Assembly (NCBI RefSeq): GCF_009914755.1
Contig: NC_060941.1
Origin: the human T2T-CHM13v2.0 reference genome, Homo sapiens
DNA length: 64,000 nucleotides
Direction: 5' to 3' (one strand)
The notes under the pieces were generated by a model. It had not been told where the DNA came from, did no database searches, and worked only from the letters and a program-made list of their open reading frames with translations. Positions 17,934 through 33,703 of the stretch are shown piece by piece. The stretch's first letter is position 1, and each line of letters starts with the position of its first letter. The translations under genes were made by a program, and so were the position numbers.

Positions 17934-20628
17934 TCAAGTCCCGAGAGAACCACCATCCTCACACAACAACTTTCTGCTCAACTGACTTATCTTTTGGGGG
18001 ACTAATTTAATTTGCTGCTGACAGCCACCATGCTCTCACCCAAATTTTTATGAATTCTCTACATGTTTAAAATCTTGGGAATCTGCTTGAGGGAGGGCAG
18101 AATACTTCATCCTGATTCTCTTTTTCCTTACACTTTGTGGATCATGTGCCAGCTTCGTGTGTTCTCAATTTTGAGTCATGGTCTCAGCTTTGACTCAAAA
18201 GTCAAGAGCTTCATTCTCTGCTTCTAAGGAATTTAGGTTTCTGCAACTGATCAATAATCTTTGCAATCATATTTTTGTTTTCAATATCCTCCTCATGGTT
18301 CTTGTATCCTTCTTTCTTCTTTTCATAACTTTGGGTTATGTTTCTGCTACCAGCAGAGATTCTTAGCTATATGTTTCTGAATAAACTCTGAACCATCCTC
18401 ATCTCATATGGTGTTTTGTTTTATATGAAAGCATTCCTGATATGAGATTTACACACATATCACATACCATAGGTATTATCCAATTTGATTCTCAAAACAG
18501 ATGGTCGTGTGTTATTACCTCCATTTTTTCAGCTGAGAACAATTTAATGTGTGATGTTATGTAGCTAGTAAAGGGCAGACTCTTGTCCAAGCTGAGGTCC
18601 TCTCTTTCTGCCCAAGGACACTTACATTTAACTCTCAATATAGTAGAAATGACATTGGAAGTAAGTATTAGCAAGTCATATACTTGAGTTTTTTTAACAA
18701 TAGGACAAATAATCTCTTATATTTGCAGATAACGTTTTTGTTTACAAAAAATTCCCAATTTCCCACACCTCAGTGAGAAACAGCTGCGTGATATGGCAGC
18801 AGGGACTGCATTTAATGGCTGCCCTGAATGCAGGGATCTCTTTTTGTCTCAGCCTCTGACCAGCCACTCATTCAATTCATCTACATCAAAAAAAGCTTGG
18901 GAATTTATTGTGGACTCATGAGAGAGAGTCTCATCTGAAGAAACTTGTTGTCAATATCATGTAAATAAAATACTTATACAGCCTTCATCTCCTGAATACC
19001 TATTGATGAAGTAAATGAAACTAAGTTATTTCTTGTAAAATGCAGACCATACATTTTGCCACATTAAGAAAATTTGTCCCCTAATTGTAATGTTATGAGG
19101 GAAATTATGTAAGAACAAAGCTGAGAATTGAGAAACTACACAATGGGCATGTAAGACTTGGCACAATCCATAATCTCTGAGCCAAGTAAGGGAATGAAAC
19201 AGCCTTCTGCATTTTGTGAGGCCAATAGGAAGCATTCAAAGAAATGAAAAACTTGTGTTTCCAGGGAAATCAGAAGAATGTAAGAAAGGAGCAAAGTAGA
19301 ACTTGTGCATTCATAGAAGTCATAATAGACAGAGGTTAGTGCTTTGGGTCCTGAACCGATGTAAGCTAAGCATTCACCCATGGAAAGATTGATTGATACA
19401 GGCTCTGAGAGAAATATAAAAGTTGGGGACCTGGGTCACCTTCTTCGGACCTCCTACCAGCACTGGAGTGCTAGAAGTACCTCTGATCAGCTAAAAATGT
19501 AGATTTCCATGACAGATGCCAACTTCTGAGACTGTGAATCTAGAATGCTCTGAAGACTTGGCTAAGAGACAACGGCCACTTACTGTGATCATCGTTCAGG
19601 GTTGAAGTAAAGGAGATGAAAACTAGGACATTCTCTTTGACTAGCATCATTTATGAAAGATGAATAAGTTCAGCATGTCTACTGTACAGTAATGTGACTA
19701 TAGTTAATAACACTTTATCATATACCTGAAATTTACCAAGAAGGTAGATCTTAAATGTTCACACCACAAAAATTAAAAGGAAATGGTAGCTTCGTGACCT
19801 AATAAACATATTATTCACAAGGAATATATATATCAGAACATCACCTTGTATACCTGAAATAGATACAACTTTTATTTGTCAATTATACCTCAATACAGCT
19901 AGGAAAAAAGTATTTAGTTGATCTAGTTAATTATTACAAAAATATTCCTATCTTCAACATTAAAATTGGTAATTTTCTGAACAAGAAACACTAATATGTT
20001 CTGGATTGCCTGCTATAGGATGGGTATTTGCTAAACACTTTGTGTACATTATTATTAACTCTTTAACAAACTTTCAGAATAGGTATTAATATTCCCAGCG
20101 TAGAGATAAGAAAATTGAGGCTGAGGGAGTTAACATAATGTCATAGATTAGTTTCTCCCGAAAAGACTTTGAAGAAAAGATTCCAGTGAAACTAGTTTAC
20201 TGGGAAGTGCAGATCACACCGGTAGGAATTGGGGAAGTGATACAGAAAAGGGTACACTATAAAGTCAGTATCACAGTCACCAACTAAAGCTTAAACTAAA
20301 GGGAAAACTATCAGAAATGATGAAAAACACACAGCTAGAATTATCCTACTTCAGGAATGAGGAAGCTAGAGTCTTTATAAATCAGCTCTCCAGAATCATT
20401 GGTTGAGTGTTTTTCTCTGTGTTGCATTCACAGGTGGCATGACTTTCTACAGCTGCAATACAAGAGCCCTTAGCCACAGAGATGCGGACTCTGACAGATG
20501 GAAATTAATCCAAGCACACTAACTTGCAAGATATATGGGCGCACTTACGAAAACTTGTCTGAGACCTACAATTAGCTCCACTCAAGTCAAATCTTTGCTG
20601 TTTAAATGTGATGGAGAGCCACAAGCTC

Positions 20629-20865
20629 TAGAAGAAGGAAGAAGCAGAGGAGAGGAAGAGAAGGAACAGAAGATGAGAGGAGGAAAGAGAAAAGAAACAA
20701 AAAAGAAAAAGAGAAGGGAGGAAGAAAGGAAGGAAAAGGAAAGGGAAGGGAAGGGAAGGGATAAAGGAACCAAAAAAAACATGAAGGAAGGAAGGAGAAG
20801 GGGTGATTGAAGAAAAAGAAAGAAAGAAAAATGAAGAAGGAAACGAAAAGCTGGGGGAGGAAGTG
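20629..20865. repeat. Polypurine tract, unit 3 (shorter)
   Basis: A/G-rich tract at the homologous position. Confidence 0.9.
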
Positions 20866-22014
20866 AGATATAAAATGAAGGCCAATGAAATAAGCTACAC
20901 TTACTGCTGCTATAATACAGTGCACCTGAGATTCATAAGCTCCATTAATTACCACCAGTCCTATTCTCCCTTCACCCCTGGCCAGCACTCTTGTTTGTCT
21001 AGATAACTGCCTGAGGGAGTAGCTCAGAGCATCCTTCCTGAAGGGTCTGAGCCCCTGGTTACTATACCACTGTCCGCTGTGATTACTGTTTTTACTGTTT
21101 TGTGGTTATCACTGGGCATGGACACACTATGAGATTCTGCAGTGTTATGGGTTAATTTGTGTCCTCCAAAATTCATGTTCAAATAGAATCATTTAAAATG
21201 TTATGTGATAAGAAAAGGTCATATTGGAAACAATTAGGCTTCTGATTAAATATGACTGATATCTATACACAAGGGGGAAATTCAGAGACAGTATGCATAT
21301 AGTAGAAAACTTATGTCAAACACACATGGAAATGATAGACATCTACAAGTCAAGGAGAGAGACCTGGAACAGATACTTCCCTCGCAGGCTTCAGATGAAA
21401 ACAACATTGCCAACAGCTTAATTCCAGACTAGAGGCCTTTGGAACTGTGAAAAAATAAATTTAAGCCACTTGGTTTGCAGTAATTTACCATGGCACTGCT
21501 AGTAAGTTAATATACTCAGTAAATCACCTGAGCTATAGATACATTCTCCTACACTATGTGGCTTGAGGATAATTACCCCTCACCAAATAGTAACTCCTTT
21601 CTCTGTCTGCTGCTCTCCTGACATGAAGAGTCCAAAGTGACTATGCAATAACGATTACTTTTGATTATGCTAAAGAAATAGAGAAGCAAATACTGTAATT
21701 TTTATTTACATGAATATTTTTTAAAGCCAAAAGTTAGCTATAGGATTACAACTTGACAGAGTGATTAGCTGTCTTTGGGAATGAGTAAGAGGATATAATT
21801 GGGAGAGAATGGGATTAATTTCTATTTTCTAACATAGATGTAATGGGGACATAGATGTATTTACAATATAATAATGTATCAAGTTGGAAATTAATAATTT
21901 GCATTCCTCTGAAATGAATGGTAATTCCTAGAAAATGTTTTAAACATGTTAGAACTCCACGATGAATCAGGTGTCATCTCAACTCATCTAATTAATTCAT
22001 TAAATAGAAGGAGA

Positions 22015-22310
22015 GGCTGTGGATGGTGGCTCATGCCTGTAATATCAGCACTTTGGGAGGCCGAGGCAGGCAGCTCACAAGGTCAGGAGTTCGAGACCAG
22101 CCTGACAAATATGGTGAAACCCTCTCTCTACTAAAAATACAAAAATTAGCCGGGCATGGTGGCCGGCATCTGTAGTGGCAGCTACTCAGGAGGCTGAGGC
22201 AGGTGAATCCCCTGAATCGAGGAATCAGACGTTGCAGTGAGCCGAGATCACGCCACTGCACTCCCGTCTAGGCGACAGAGAAAGACTCCGTCTAAGAAAG
22301 AAAGAGAAGA
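22015..22310 (+). mobile_element. AluS (Sg-like), specific to unit 3
   Basis: Complete dimeric Alu, absent at the homologous site in other units. Confidence 0.9.
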
Positions 22311-23053
22311 AATGATACTGACTGTGCTAGTAACCAGGGTTATGGCTAGAGCCACAGCTTATGCACGTTGGCCTGAATCTCAAGCAGTTATGTCATAGAA
22401 AGTTCTACATTCTCATCCCGGTAATCCCCACACTCGCAGACAAGTGAGAATGAATGCTCACCCCTGGGCGTAGATTGCTTGATGCTGTCTAAATCCCAGT
22501 GGATTTCTCTGCATCCACCTGCTCTCGATCGGCTCTGCCACATGGAACACACTGTGACAGACACCCTCTTCCCAAGTGACGTTCAAATAACTGAAAGACA
22601 CAGGTGGTGAGGATTGCACAGAGATGCCTGTTAGTCTTGAGTCAGAATTTGGTGGGTGAATTGTCTTGGGCCCAGGCATGGATTCATTTTGTCACTGTAA
22701 ATATATCAGCATCATGCTTCTCCCCACAGACACTTCCCAGTCTACATACAGCCAACTGTGAGGCTGGGCAGAGAGAATTTCCTGAGCTTCCCAGATCACC
22801 AAGAACTATCACATGACTAGATGATGGTCAGAGCAGGAATGATGCTGATGATGAGATGGGCTTCCTTTTATCTGAAAGGAAGTTTCTATGAGTAATTCAC
22901 AATTAAGAAACAGATTAAACCCTTACTTTCAAAAGATTCATAAGTTTTCAGAAACAATTTCCCCTTTGACAATCCCAAAGGTACTGTGGAAAACAGTGTA
23001 AACAGCAACAAGGAAAAGTCCTGCTGATTGGTGGAAACTTTGGAAGCCAGGTG

Positions 23054-23060
23054 TATAAAA
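23054..23060 (+). promoter_or_regulatory. TATA box, copy 4
   Basis: TATAAAA 83 nt before ATG 23137. Confidence 0.8.
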
Positions 23061-23136
23061 GGTCCAGATTGCAAGGGGTCATCAGATTCTGGGAAACTCA
23101 CCTCTGAACAGAAACCCACCCTCCACCCCTGACACC

Positions 23137-23661
23137 ATGACCCACTGTTGCTCCCCTTGCTGTCAGCCTACCTGCTGCAGGACCACCTGCTGCAGGACCA
23201 CCTGCTGGAAGCCCACCACTGTGACCACCTGCAGCAGCACACCCTGCTGCCAGCCCTCCTGCTGTGTGTCTAGCTGCTGCCAGCCTTGCTGCCGCCCAGC
23301 TTGCTGTCAAAACACCTGCTGCAGGACCACCTGCTGCCAGCCCACCTGTCTGACCAGCTGCTGCCAGCCTTCCTGCTGCAGCACAACCTGCTGCCAGCCC
23401 ATCTGCTGTGGGTCCAGCTGCTGTGGCCAAACCAGCTGTGGGTCCAGCTGTGGCCAGAGCAGCTCCTGTGCACCTGTGTACTGCAGAAGAACCTGCTACT
23501 ACCCGACGACTGTCTGCCTGCCTGGTTGCCTCAACCAGAGCTGTGGATCCAGCTGCTGCCAGCCCTGCTGCCGCCCCGCCTGCTGTGAGACCACCTGCTG
23601 CAGGACCACTTGCTTCCAGCCCACCTGTGTGTCCAGCTGCTGCCAGCCTTCTTGCTGCTGA
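23137..23661 (+). CDS. KRTAP9-9: Keratin-associated protein 9 family, 174 aa
   Basis: Intact ORF carrying all pentapeptide modules; AATAAA at 24102; call from gene order and recalled residues ([16 protein letters not shown]). Confidence 0.8.
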   Translation: MTHCCSPCCQPTCCRTTCCRTTCWKPTTVTTCSSTPCCQPSCCVSSCCQPCCRPACCQNTCCRTTCCQPTCLTSCCQPSCCSTTCCQPICCGSSCCGQTSCGSSCGQSSSCAPVYCRRTCYYPTTVCLPGCLNQSCGSSCCQPCCRPACCETTCCRTTCFQPTCVSSCCQPSCC

Positions 23662-24624
23662 TCAAGTCCCAAGAGAACAACCATCTTCACACAACAACCT
23701 TCTGCTCAACTGACTTATCTTTTGGAGGACTAATTTACCTTACTGCTGACAGCAACCATGTTCTCACCCAAATTTTTATGAATTCTCTGCATATTTAAAA
23801 TCTTGTGAATCAGCTTGAGGGAGGGCAGAATACTTCATCCTGATTCTCTTTTTCTTATACCTTGTGAATCATGTGCCAGCTTCATCTGTTCTCAATTTTG
23901 AGTCATGGTCTCAGCTTTGACTCAAAAGTCAAGAGCTTCATTCTCTTCACTTAAGAAACTTAAGTTGCTGCAAATGATTAAGAATCTTCACAACTATGTT
24001 TTCTTTTCAATATACTCATGATTCTTGTATCCTGCTTCCTTCTTTTAATGATCACTTTGGGTTATCTCCCTATAACCAGGGATCTTACCTATATATTTCT
24101 TAATAAATAAATTTGGAACTATTATTCATACCATATGGTGATTTGTTTTATTTGAAAACATTCCTGATATGGGATTTACACATATATCACATACCATATG
24201 TATTACCCAATTTGATTCTCAAAACAGACAGTCATGTATTATTGCCTCCATTTTCCAACTGGGAAAGTTTTAATGTGTGATGTTATGTAGCTAATAGTGG
24301 ACAGACTCTGATGCAAGGTTGCGTCTTCTCTTTCTGTCCAAAGACACTTACATTTAACTCTCAATAAAGTAGTAATGACATTGGGATTCAGCACTAGCAA
24401 GTTATGCACTTGAGTTTATTTAACAATGGAAATAATAATCTCTAGTATTTGGCAAGAGATAACATTTCAGTTCACAAAAGTCTTCCCAAATTAATTGCCC
24501 ACCCGTCAGTGAGCAACAGCTACATGATACAGCAGCAGGGTCTGCATTTAGCAGCTGTCATGAATGCAGGGATCCTATTGGCCTATACCAGCCAATCATT
24601 CAATTCACGTGCATCAAAGAAATT

Positions 24625-26717
24625 TTTTAACCTTTTTTTAAGGTTCAGGGGTACGTGTGCCGGGTTATTTTATAGTTAAATTGTGTGTTGCAGGGTTTGG
24701 TGTACAGATTAGTTCTTCACCCAGGTAATAAGCATAATACCTGATAGGCAGTTTTTTGATTCTCATTCTCCTCCCACAGTCCACCCACAGGTAAGTTCCA
24801 GTGTCTGTTGTTCCCTTCTTTGTGTTCATATGTATTCAATGTTTGGCCCCCACTCTTATGTGAGAACATGTGTTATTTGGTTTTCTGTTCCTGTGTTAGT
24901 TCCCTTGGGATAATGGCCTCCGGCTCCATCTGTGTTGCTGCAAAGGACATCATCTTGTTCTTTTTTTCCTTTTTTTTCTGTATAGTATTCCATGGTGTAT
25001 ATGAAACACATTTTCTTTATCCAGTCTACTTTTGATGTACATTTTAAGTTGACTCTATGTCTTTGCTATTGTGAGTAGTGTTGCAATGAACATACGCATG
25101 CATGTGTCTTTATGGTAGAACAATTTATATGCATTTGGGTATATACCCAATAATTGAATTGCTGGGTCAAATATTAATTCTAAGTTCTTTGAGAGATCCC
25201 AAAACTGCTTTCCATAATGGTTAAACTAATGTGCAATTCCACCAACAGTGTATAAGTGTTTCTTTTTCTACAAAAACTTGCCAGCATCTTTTATTTTTTG
25301 ACTTTAATAAGAGCTATTCTGACTTGTGTCAGAGGGCATCTCATTGTGGTTTTAACTTGCATTTCTCTAATCATCAGTGATGTTGATCATTTGTTCATAT
25401 CCTTTTTGGCCGCTTGAATGTCTTCTTTTGAAAAGTGTCTGTTCGTGTCCTTTGACCACTTTCTAATGAGATTGTTTGGTTTTTGCTTGTAAATTTGTTT
25501 AACTTCCTTACAGATTCTGGATATTAGACCTTTGTTGGATAGATAGCTTGCAAATATTCTCTCCCATTCTGTAGGTTGTCTGTTTACTCTGTTGATAGTT
25601 TCTTTTGCTGTGCAGAAGCTCTTAAGTTTAATTAGGTCCCATTTGTCAATTTTTTCTCTTTTTACAATTACTTTTGGTGACTTCATCATAAAATCCTTGC
25701 CTGGTCCTATGTTTAGAATGGTATTGCCTAGGTTGTCTGCCAGCGTTTTTATAGCCTTAGGTTTTACATGTAAGTCTTTGATCCATCTTGAGTTGATTTT
25801 TGTATACCATGTAAGGAAGGGGTCCAGTTTCAATCTTCTGCAAATGACTAGCCAGTTATCTCAGCACCATTTATTAAATCAGGAGTCTTTTCCCCACTGC
25901 CTATTTTCATCAACTTTGCTGAAGATCACATGTTGTAGGTGTGCAACATTATTTCTGGGCTCTGTATTCTGTTCCATTGGTCTGTGTGTCTGTTTTTGTA
26001 CCAGTACCATGCGGTTTTGGTTATTGCAGCCTGTAATGTAGTTTGAAGTCAGATAATGCGATGTCTTCAGCTTTGTTATTTTTGCTTAGGATTGCCTTGG
26101 CCATTCAGGCTCTTTTTTGGTTCCATATGAATTGTAAAACATTTTTTTTCTCATTCTGTGAAGGCTGTCATTGGTAGTTTGATAGGAGTGATACTGAATC
26201 TGTAAATTGCTTTAGGGAGTATGGCCATTTTAACAATATTGATTCTTTCTACCCATGAGCATAAAATATGTTTCAATTTGTTTGTGTCATCTTTAATTTC
26301 TTTGAGCAGTGTTTTGCAATTCTTGTTGCAGAGATCTTTCACCTCCCTGGTTGGCTGTATTCCTAGGTATTTTGTTGTTTTTTGTGGCTATTGTGAAAAG
26401 GATTACATTATTGATTTGGCTCTCAACTTGGATGTTGTTGGTGTATAGGAATGCTACTGATTTTTGTACAATAATTTTGTATCCTGAAACTTTGCTGAAG
26501 TTGCTAATCAGATCAAGGAGTTTTTGGGTAGAGACAATGAGGTTTTCTGGGTGTAAAATCTTCTTCACACACAGAGATAGTTTAACTTCCACTTTTCCTA
26601 TCTAGATACCTTTACTTTATTTCTCTTGCCATATTTCTCTGGCTAGGACTTTCATTACTATTTTGAATAGGAGTGGTGAGATATGGCATGTTTGCCTTGT
26701 TCTGGTTTTCAAGAGGA
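24625..26717 (-). mobile_element. 5'-truncated L1 (L1PA13-16-like), about 2.1 kb
   Basis: Minus-strand ORF2 fragments (MKLDPFLT..., [11 protein letters not shown]...), older-type 3'UTR; flanked by a degenerate catcaaa(g)aa duplication matching the empty site in other units. Confidence 0.85.
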
Positions 26718-27703
26718 CACATCAAAAACTTTTCAGAATGCATCATATCCTCATTTGAAGAGACTAATTCCTTCGTATCAAATAAATCAAATTCATATCT
26801 GGCCTCCTGCTGAAATTTCATTGAAAGAGCAAAATGGAATTAAGTAATTCCATGTAAAATACAGACCATACCTTATGCAACATTTAGACAATTTGACTTC
26901 CTGATAAAAATGTTATCAGGAAAATTAAGTAAGGACAAAGTTTAGGATTGAGACACTATGCAACAGGCACATATGACTTTGCATAATCCATAATCTCTGA
27001 GTTATCTAATGGGTTAAAACAATCTTCTATGCTTTATGAGGCCAAAATTAAGCATCTAAAGGAAATAAACATTTGTGTTTTCAGGGAAATCAGAAGAATG
27101 TAAGACGGACTGAAAGTAGAAAAATGTGTACATTCATAGAAGTCATGATAGGCAGATGGCTGGTGCTTTTGGCCCTGAACTGATGATGCAACCCAAGCAT
27201 TCACTAATGGAAGGACTGATTTATACTGGCTCTGAGAGAAATAGAAAAGTCTGGGACCTGGATTACCTTTGTGGGACCTCCTACCAGCATGGGAGTGCTA
27301 GAAATACCTCTGATGAGCTAACGATGTAGACTTCCAGGACGGATCCCAACTTCTGAGACTGTGTACCTAGAGTGCTTTGGAGACTTGGCTAAGAGACAAA
27401 ATCCATTGACTGTGATTCTTCTGGGGTGACAGGGTAAAGGAGATGAAGACCTAAAACATTCACTTTGGCCAAGATCAGGTATGCAAGGTAAATAAGCTCT
27501 GCAGACCTAGTGTACAGTAGTGTGGCTGTAGGTAAAAATATTTTATTTTATACCTGAAATGGCAAGTATGTGAGCTAATGAATATGTGAATTAGCTTCAC
27601 TGTGATGAATATCTCACTATAAATATATATATCAAAACATCACTTTTTATACCTTAAATATATACAATTTTTATTCAATTATACCTCAGTAAAGTTAGTA
27701 AAA

Positions 27704-30112
<2,409 letters not shown>

Positions 30113-30825
30113 GTTGATCTAGTTAATTATTATAAATATATTCTTATCATCAACATTAAAATTAGTTTAGGAATTTCTGGAGAGAAAAGAAATAATATGT
30201 TTTCAGTTGCCTATCATTTGATGGATATTGTGTAAATCTTTTATGTACATTATCATTAATTATTGAAAAAACTTTCAAAGTAGGCATTAGTGTTCTAATT
30301 GTAGAGATGAGGAAATTGAGGCTGAGAGATGTAATGTCATAGTTTGGTTTTTCCCAGAAGATACTCTGAGAAAAAGATTCCAATGAATACAGTGTATTAG
30401 GAAGGGCAGAACAGGCCAGAAGGGATTGTGGCAGTGATACAGAAAAGGGTATACTATTAAGCCAGTATCACAGAGATCAACTGAAGCTTAAGCTAAAGGG
30501 AAATTTTTCAGAAATGATGAAAAACACACAACTTTGAATTCTCAAACTTCAGCAGTGAAGAAGCTAGAGTCTGTATAAATCCACTCTTTAGAATTTTCAG
30601 TTGAATATTTTTCTCCCTGTAGTGTGCACAGGTGACATGACTTTCTGTAGTTGCAATACAAGAGCCCTAAGGCACAGAGATGCAGATTCAGGCAGATGGA
30701 AATTGGTATGAGCACCCTAAGTTCCATGATATACAGGTATGGTAATGAAGACCTGTCTACAGTAACATTTGCTCCATTCAAGTCCAATCTTTCCTTCTTA
30801 AATGTAATGGACAGCCATGAACTCT

Positions 30826-31163
30826 AGGAGAAAAAGGAGGAGGAGGAAGAGGAGGAACAGAAGGTGAGAGAGGAGGAAAAAACTAGGAAAGATATGGGAA
30901 GAAGACAATATACACAGACAGGAAGAAAGGAACGGAGGAAGAAAGAGAGCAAGAGACAGAAGGAAAGAGAGTGAAAAGGAAGGAAGGAATGAAGGAAGGA
31001 AGGAAGGAAGGAAGGAAGGAAGGAAGGAAGGAAGGGGAAGGAAGGAAGGAAAAGGAAAGAAAGAAAGAAGAGAAAGAAAGGGGAGGGGAGGGGTGGGGAG
31101 GGGAGGGGAAAGGAAGGGAAGGGAAGGGAAGGAAGGGAAGGGAAGGGAGGGAAGGGAAAAGAA
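30826..31163. repeat. Polypurine tract, unit 4, with (GAAG)11 at 30991-31034
   Basis: Directly visible. Confidence 0.95.
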
Positions 31164-32264
31164 ACTACTGCTGTAATAGGGTGCTTCTGAGATTCATAAT
31201 CTCCATCAGTTTCCGCCAGTTCTATACTCCCTTCATCACTGGCCAGCACTCCTGTTAGTTTAGATAATTGCCTGATGAAGTAGCTCAGAACTTCCTGCCT
31301 GATGGGTCTTACCCTCTAGTTACTTACTACACCATTCTCCAACTGTGGTTGCTTTTGTTACTCATTTGTGTTTATCAATGGGCATGGATACACTACGAGA
31401 TATTCCAAGGTTATGGGTCGAATTGTGTCCCCAAGAACTCATATTCAAATAGGGTCACTTAAATGCAAGATGGTAAGATAAGGTCATATTGGAATAAATT
31501 GTGCTTCTGATTCAATGTGACTGGTGTCTGTATAAACAGGGGAAATTCAAACAGGATGCATATAGAGGGAAGATGATGTAAGAGACACATGGAGAAGATA
31601 GACATCTACAGGTCAAGGAGAGAGACCTGAAACAGATATTTCCCTCACAGCCCTCAGATGAAAACAACATTGCCAACACCTTTATTTTAGCCTTCAGAAC
31701 TGTGAGAAAATAAACTTCAGCCACTTGATTTGCCATAGTTTTTAATGGCAGTGTAATGCTTTAATATATATAGTAAATTTCTTGAGTTTCAGATATATTC
31801 TCCCTACGCTCTATGGCTTCACGAAAATTATCCCTCATGGAATATTAACTCCTTTATCTACCTGCTGGTCTGCTAACATGAAGGATCCAAAATGAAATGA
31901 CCAGGTTATAATTGCTGCTTTTGATTATGCCAAAAACACAGTGAAGCAAATTCTATAATTTTTATTTACATAAAAGTCAAAGAAAAAAACAAAACTGACC
32001 TACAGGATTAAAACTTGATAGAGTGACTAGCTACCTTTGGAGATAAGTAAAAAGATATAATTTGGAGGGAATGGAATTAATTTCTATTTTGTAAACTGGT
32101 AATGGGGACTTAGATGTATTTATAATGTAATATTATATCAAGTTGGAATTCATAATTTGCACTCTTCTGAAATGAATGGTATAATTTAAAAAGTTTTAAA
32201 CAATGGTAAACCTCAAAGAGGAATCAGATATCATCTCAACTCACCTAATTCCCTCACTGAAAAC

Positions 32265-32275
32265 AGAGAGACAGA

Positions 32276-32311
<36 letters not shown>

Positions 32312-32335
32312 CAGAGACAGAGACAGAGACAGAGA
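32265..32335. repeat. (GA)n/(GAGACA)n microsatellite
   Basis: Directly visible. Confidence 0.95.
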
Positions 32336-33095
32336 AATGGCAATGATTGTGCCAGTAACCTGGATTAGGGCTAGAGCCACAGCTCATATTGCTTTGCCTG
32401 GACCTCAAGCAGTAATGTCACAGTAATTCCCAGTCCCACATTCTCATGCTGGTAAGCCCCTCAGTCCCAGACAAATCAGGATGAATGGTCACCGCAGCAC
32501 GTAGATTGCTTGATGCTTTGTGAATTCCAGTGAACCCCTCCTCTTTCTACGTGTTTGCTTTGGCTCTGCTCTGCCACATAGCACACATTGTGCTGAACAC
32601 CCTCTTCCCAAGAGGCTTTTATAGAACTGGAAGAGACAGGTAAAGTAGGTTGTACATAGAGAGATGCCTATCAGTCTTGAATCAGACTTTGGTGGGTGAA
32701 CAGTCTTGGTCCCAAGCATGGATTCAATTCACCACTGTGAATATATCAACATCATGCTTCTCCCCACAGACACTTCCCAGTCTACATACAGCCAAAGGAT
32801 GAGACTGGGCAGAGAGAACTTCCTGAGCCTCCCCAGTCACCAGGAACTATCACATGACGAGATGCTGGTCAGAGCAGGAACGAAGCTGATGATGAGACTG
32901 CCTTCCTTTTATCTGAAACAAAGTTTCTACGAGTAATTTACAATTAAGAAACAGATTAAACCCTTACTTTCCAAAGATTCATAACATTTAGGAAATGACT
33001 TCCTCTTTGACAATGCCAAACTGACTATGGAAAACAACTGTAAACAGCAAGAAAGAAAAATCCTGCTGATTGGTGGAAACTTTGGAGGCCACATG

Positions 33096-33102
33096 TATAA
33101 AA
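33096..33102 (+). promoter_or_regulatory. TATA box, copy 5
   Basis: TATAAAA 83 nt before ATG 33179. Confidence 0.8.
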
Positions 33103-33178
33103 GGTCCAGATTGCAAGGGGTCATCAAATCCTGGGAAACTCACCTCTGAACAGAAGCCCACCCTCCACCCCTGACAAC

Positions 33179-33703
33179 ATGACCCACTGTTGCTCCCCTG
33201 GCTGTCAGCCTACCTGCTGCAGGACCACTTGCTGCAGGACTACCTGCTGGCAGCCCACCATTGTGACCACCTGCAGCAGCACACCCTGCTGCCAGCCCTC
33301 CTGCTGTGTGTCCAGCTGCTGCCAGCCTTGCTGCCACCCAACTTGCTGTCAAAACACCTGCTGCAGGACCACCTGCTGCCAGCCCACCTGTGTGACCAGC
33401 TGCTGCCAGCCTTCCTGCTGCAGCACACCCTGCTGCCAGCCCATCTGCTGTGGGTCCAGCTGCTGTGGCCAAACCAGCTGTGGGTCCAGCTGCTGCCAGC
33501 CCAGCTCCTGTGCACCCATCTACTGCAGGAGAACCTGCTACCACCCCACGAGTGTCTACCTGCCTGGTTGCCTAAACCAGAGCTGTGGCTCCAGCTGCTG
33601 CCAGCCGTGCTGCCGCCCAGCCTGCTGTGAGACTACCTGCTGCAGGACCACTTGCTTCCAGCCCACCTGTGTGACCAGCTGCTGTCAGCCTGCTTGCTGC
33701 TGA
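33179..33703 (+). CDS. Keratin-associated protein 9 family, 174 aa; probable KRTAP9-6/KRTAP9-7 hybrid
   Basis: Intact ORF with TATA and AATAAA (34166). N-terminus SPGCQ...WQPTIV matches recalled KRTAP9-6; the remainder (SSCAPIY, TSVYLPG, QPACC) matches recalled KRTAP9-7. Confidence 0.85.
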   Translation: MTHCCSPGCQPTCCRTTCCRTTCWQPTIVTTCSSTPCCQPSCCVSSCCQPCCHPTCCQNTCCRTTCCQPTCVTSCCQPSCCSTPCCQPICCGSSCCGQTSCGSSCCQPSSCAPIYCRRTCYHPTSVYLPGCLNQSCGSSCCQPCCRPACCETTCCRTTCFQPTCVTSCCQPACC

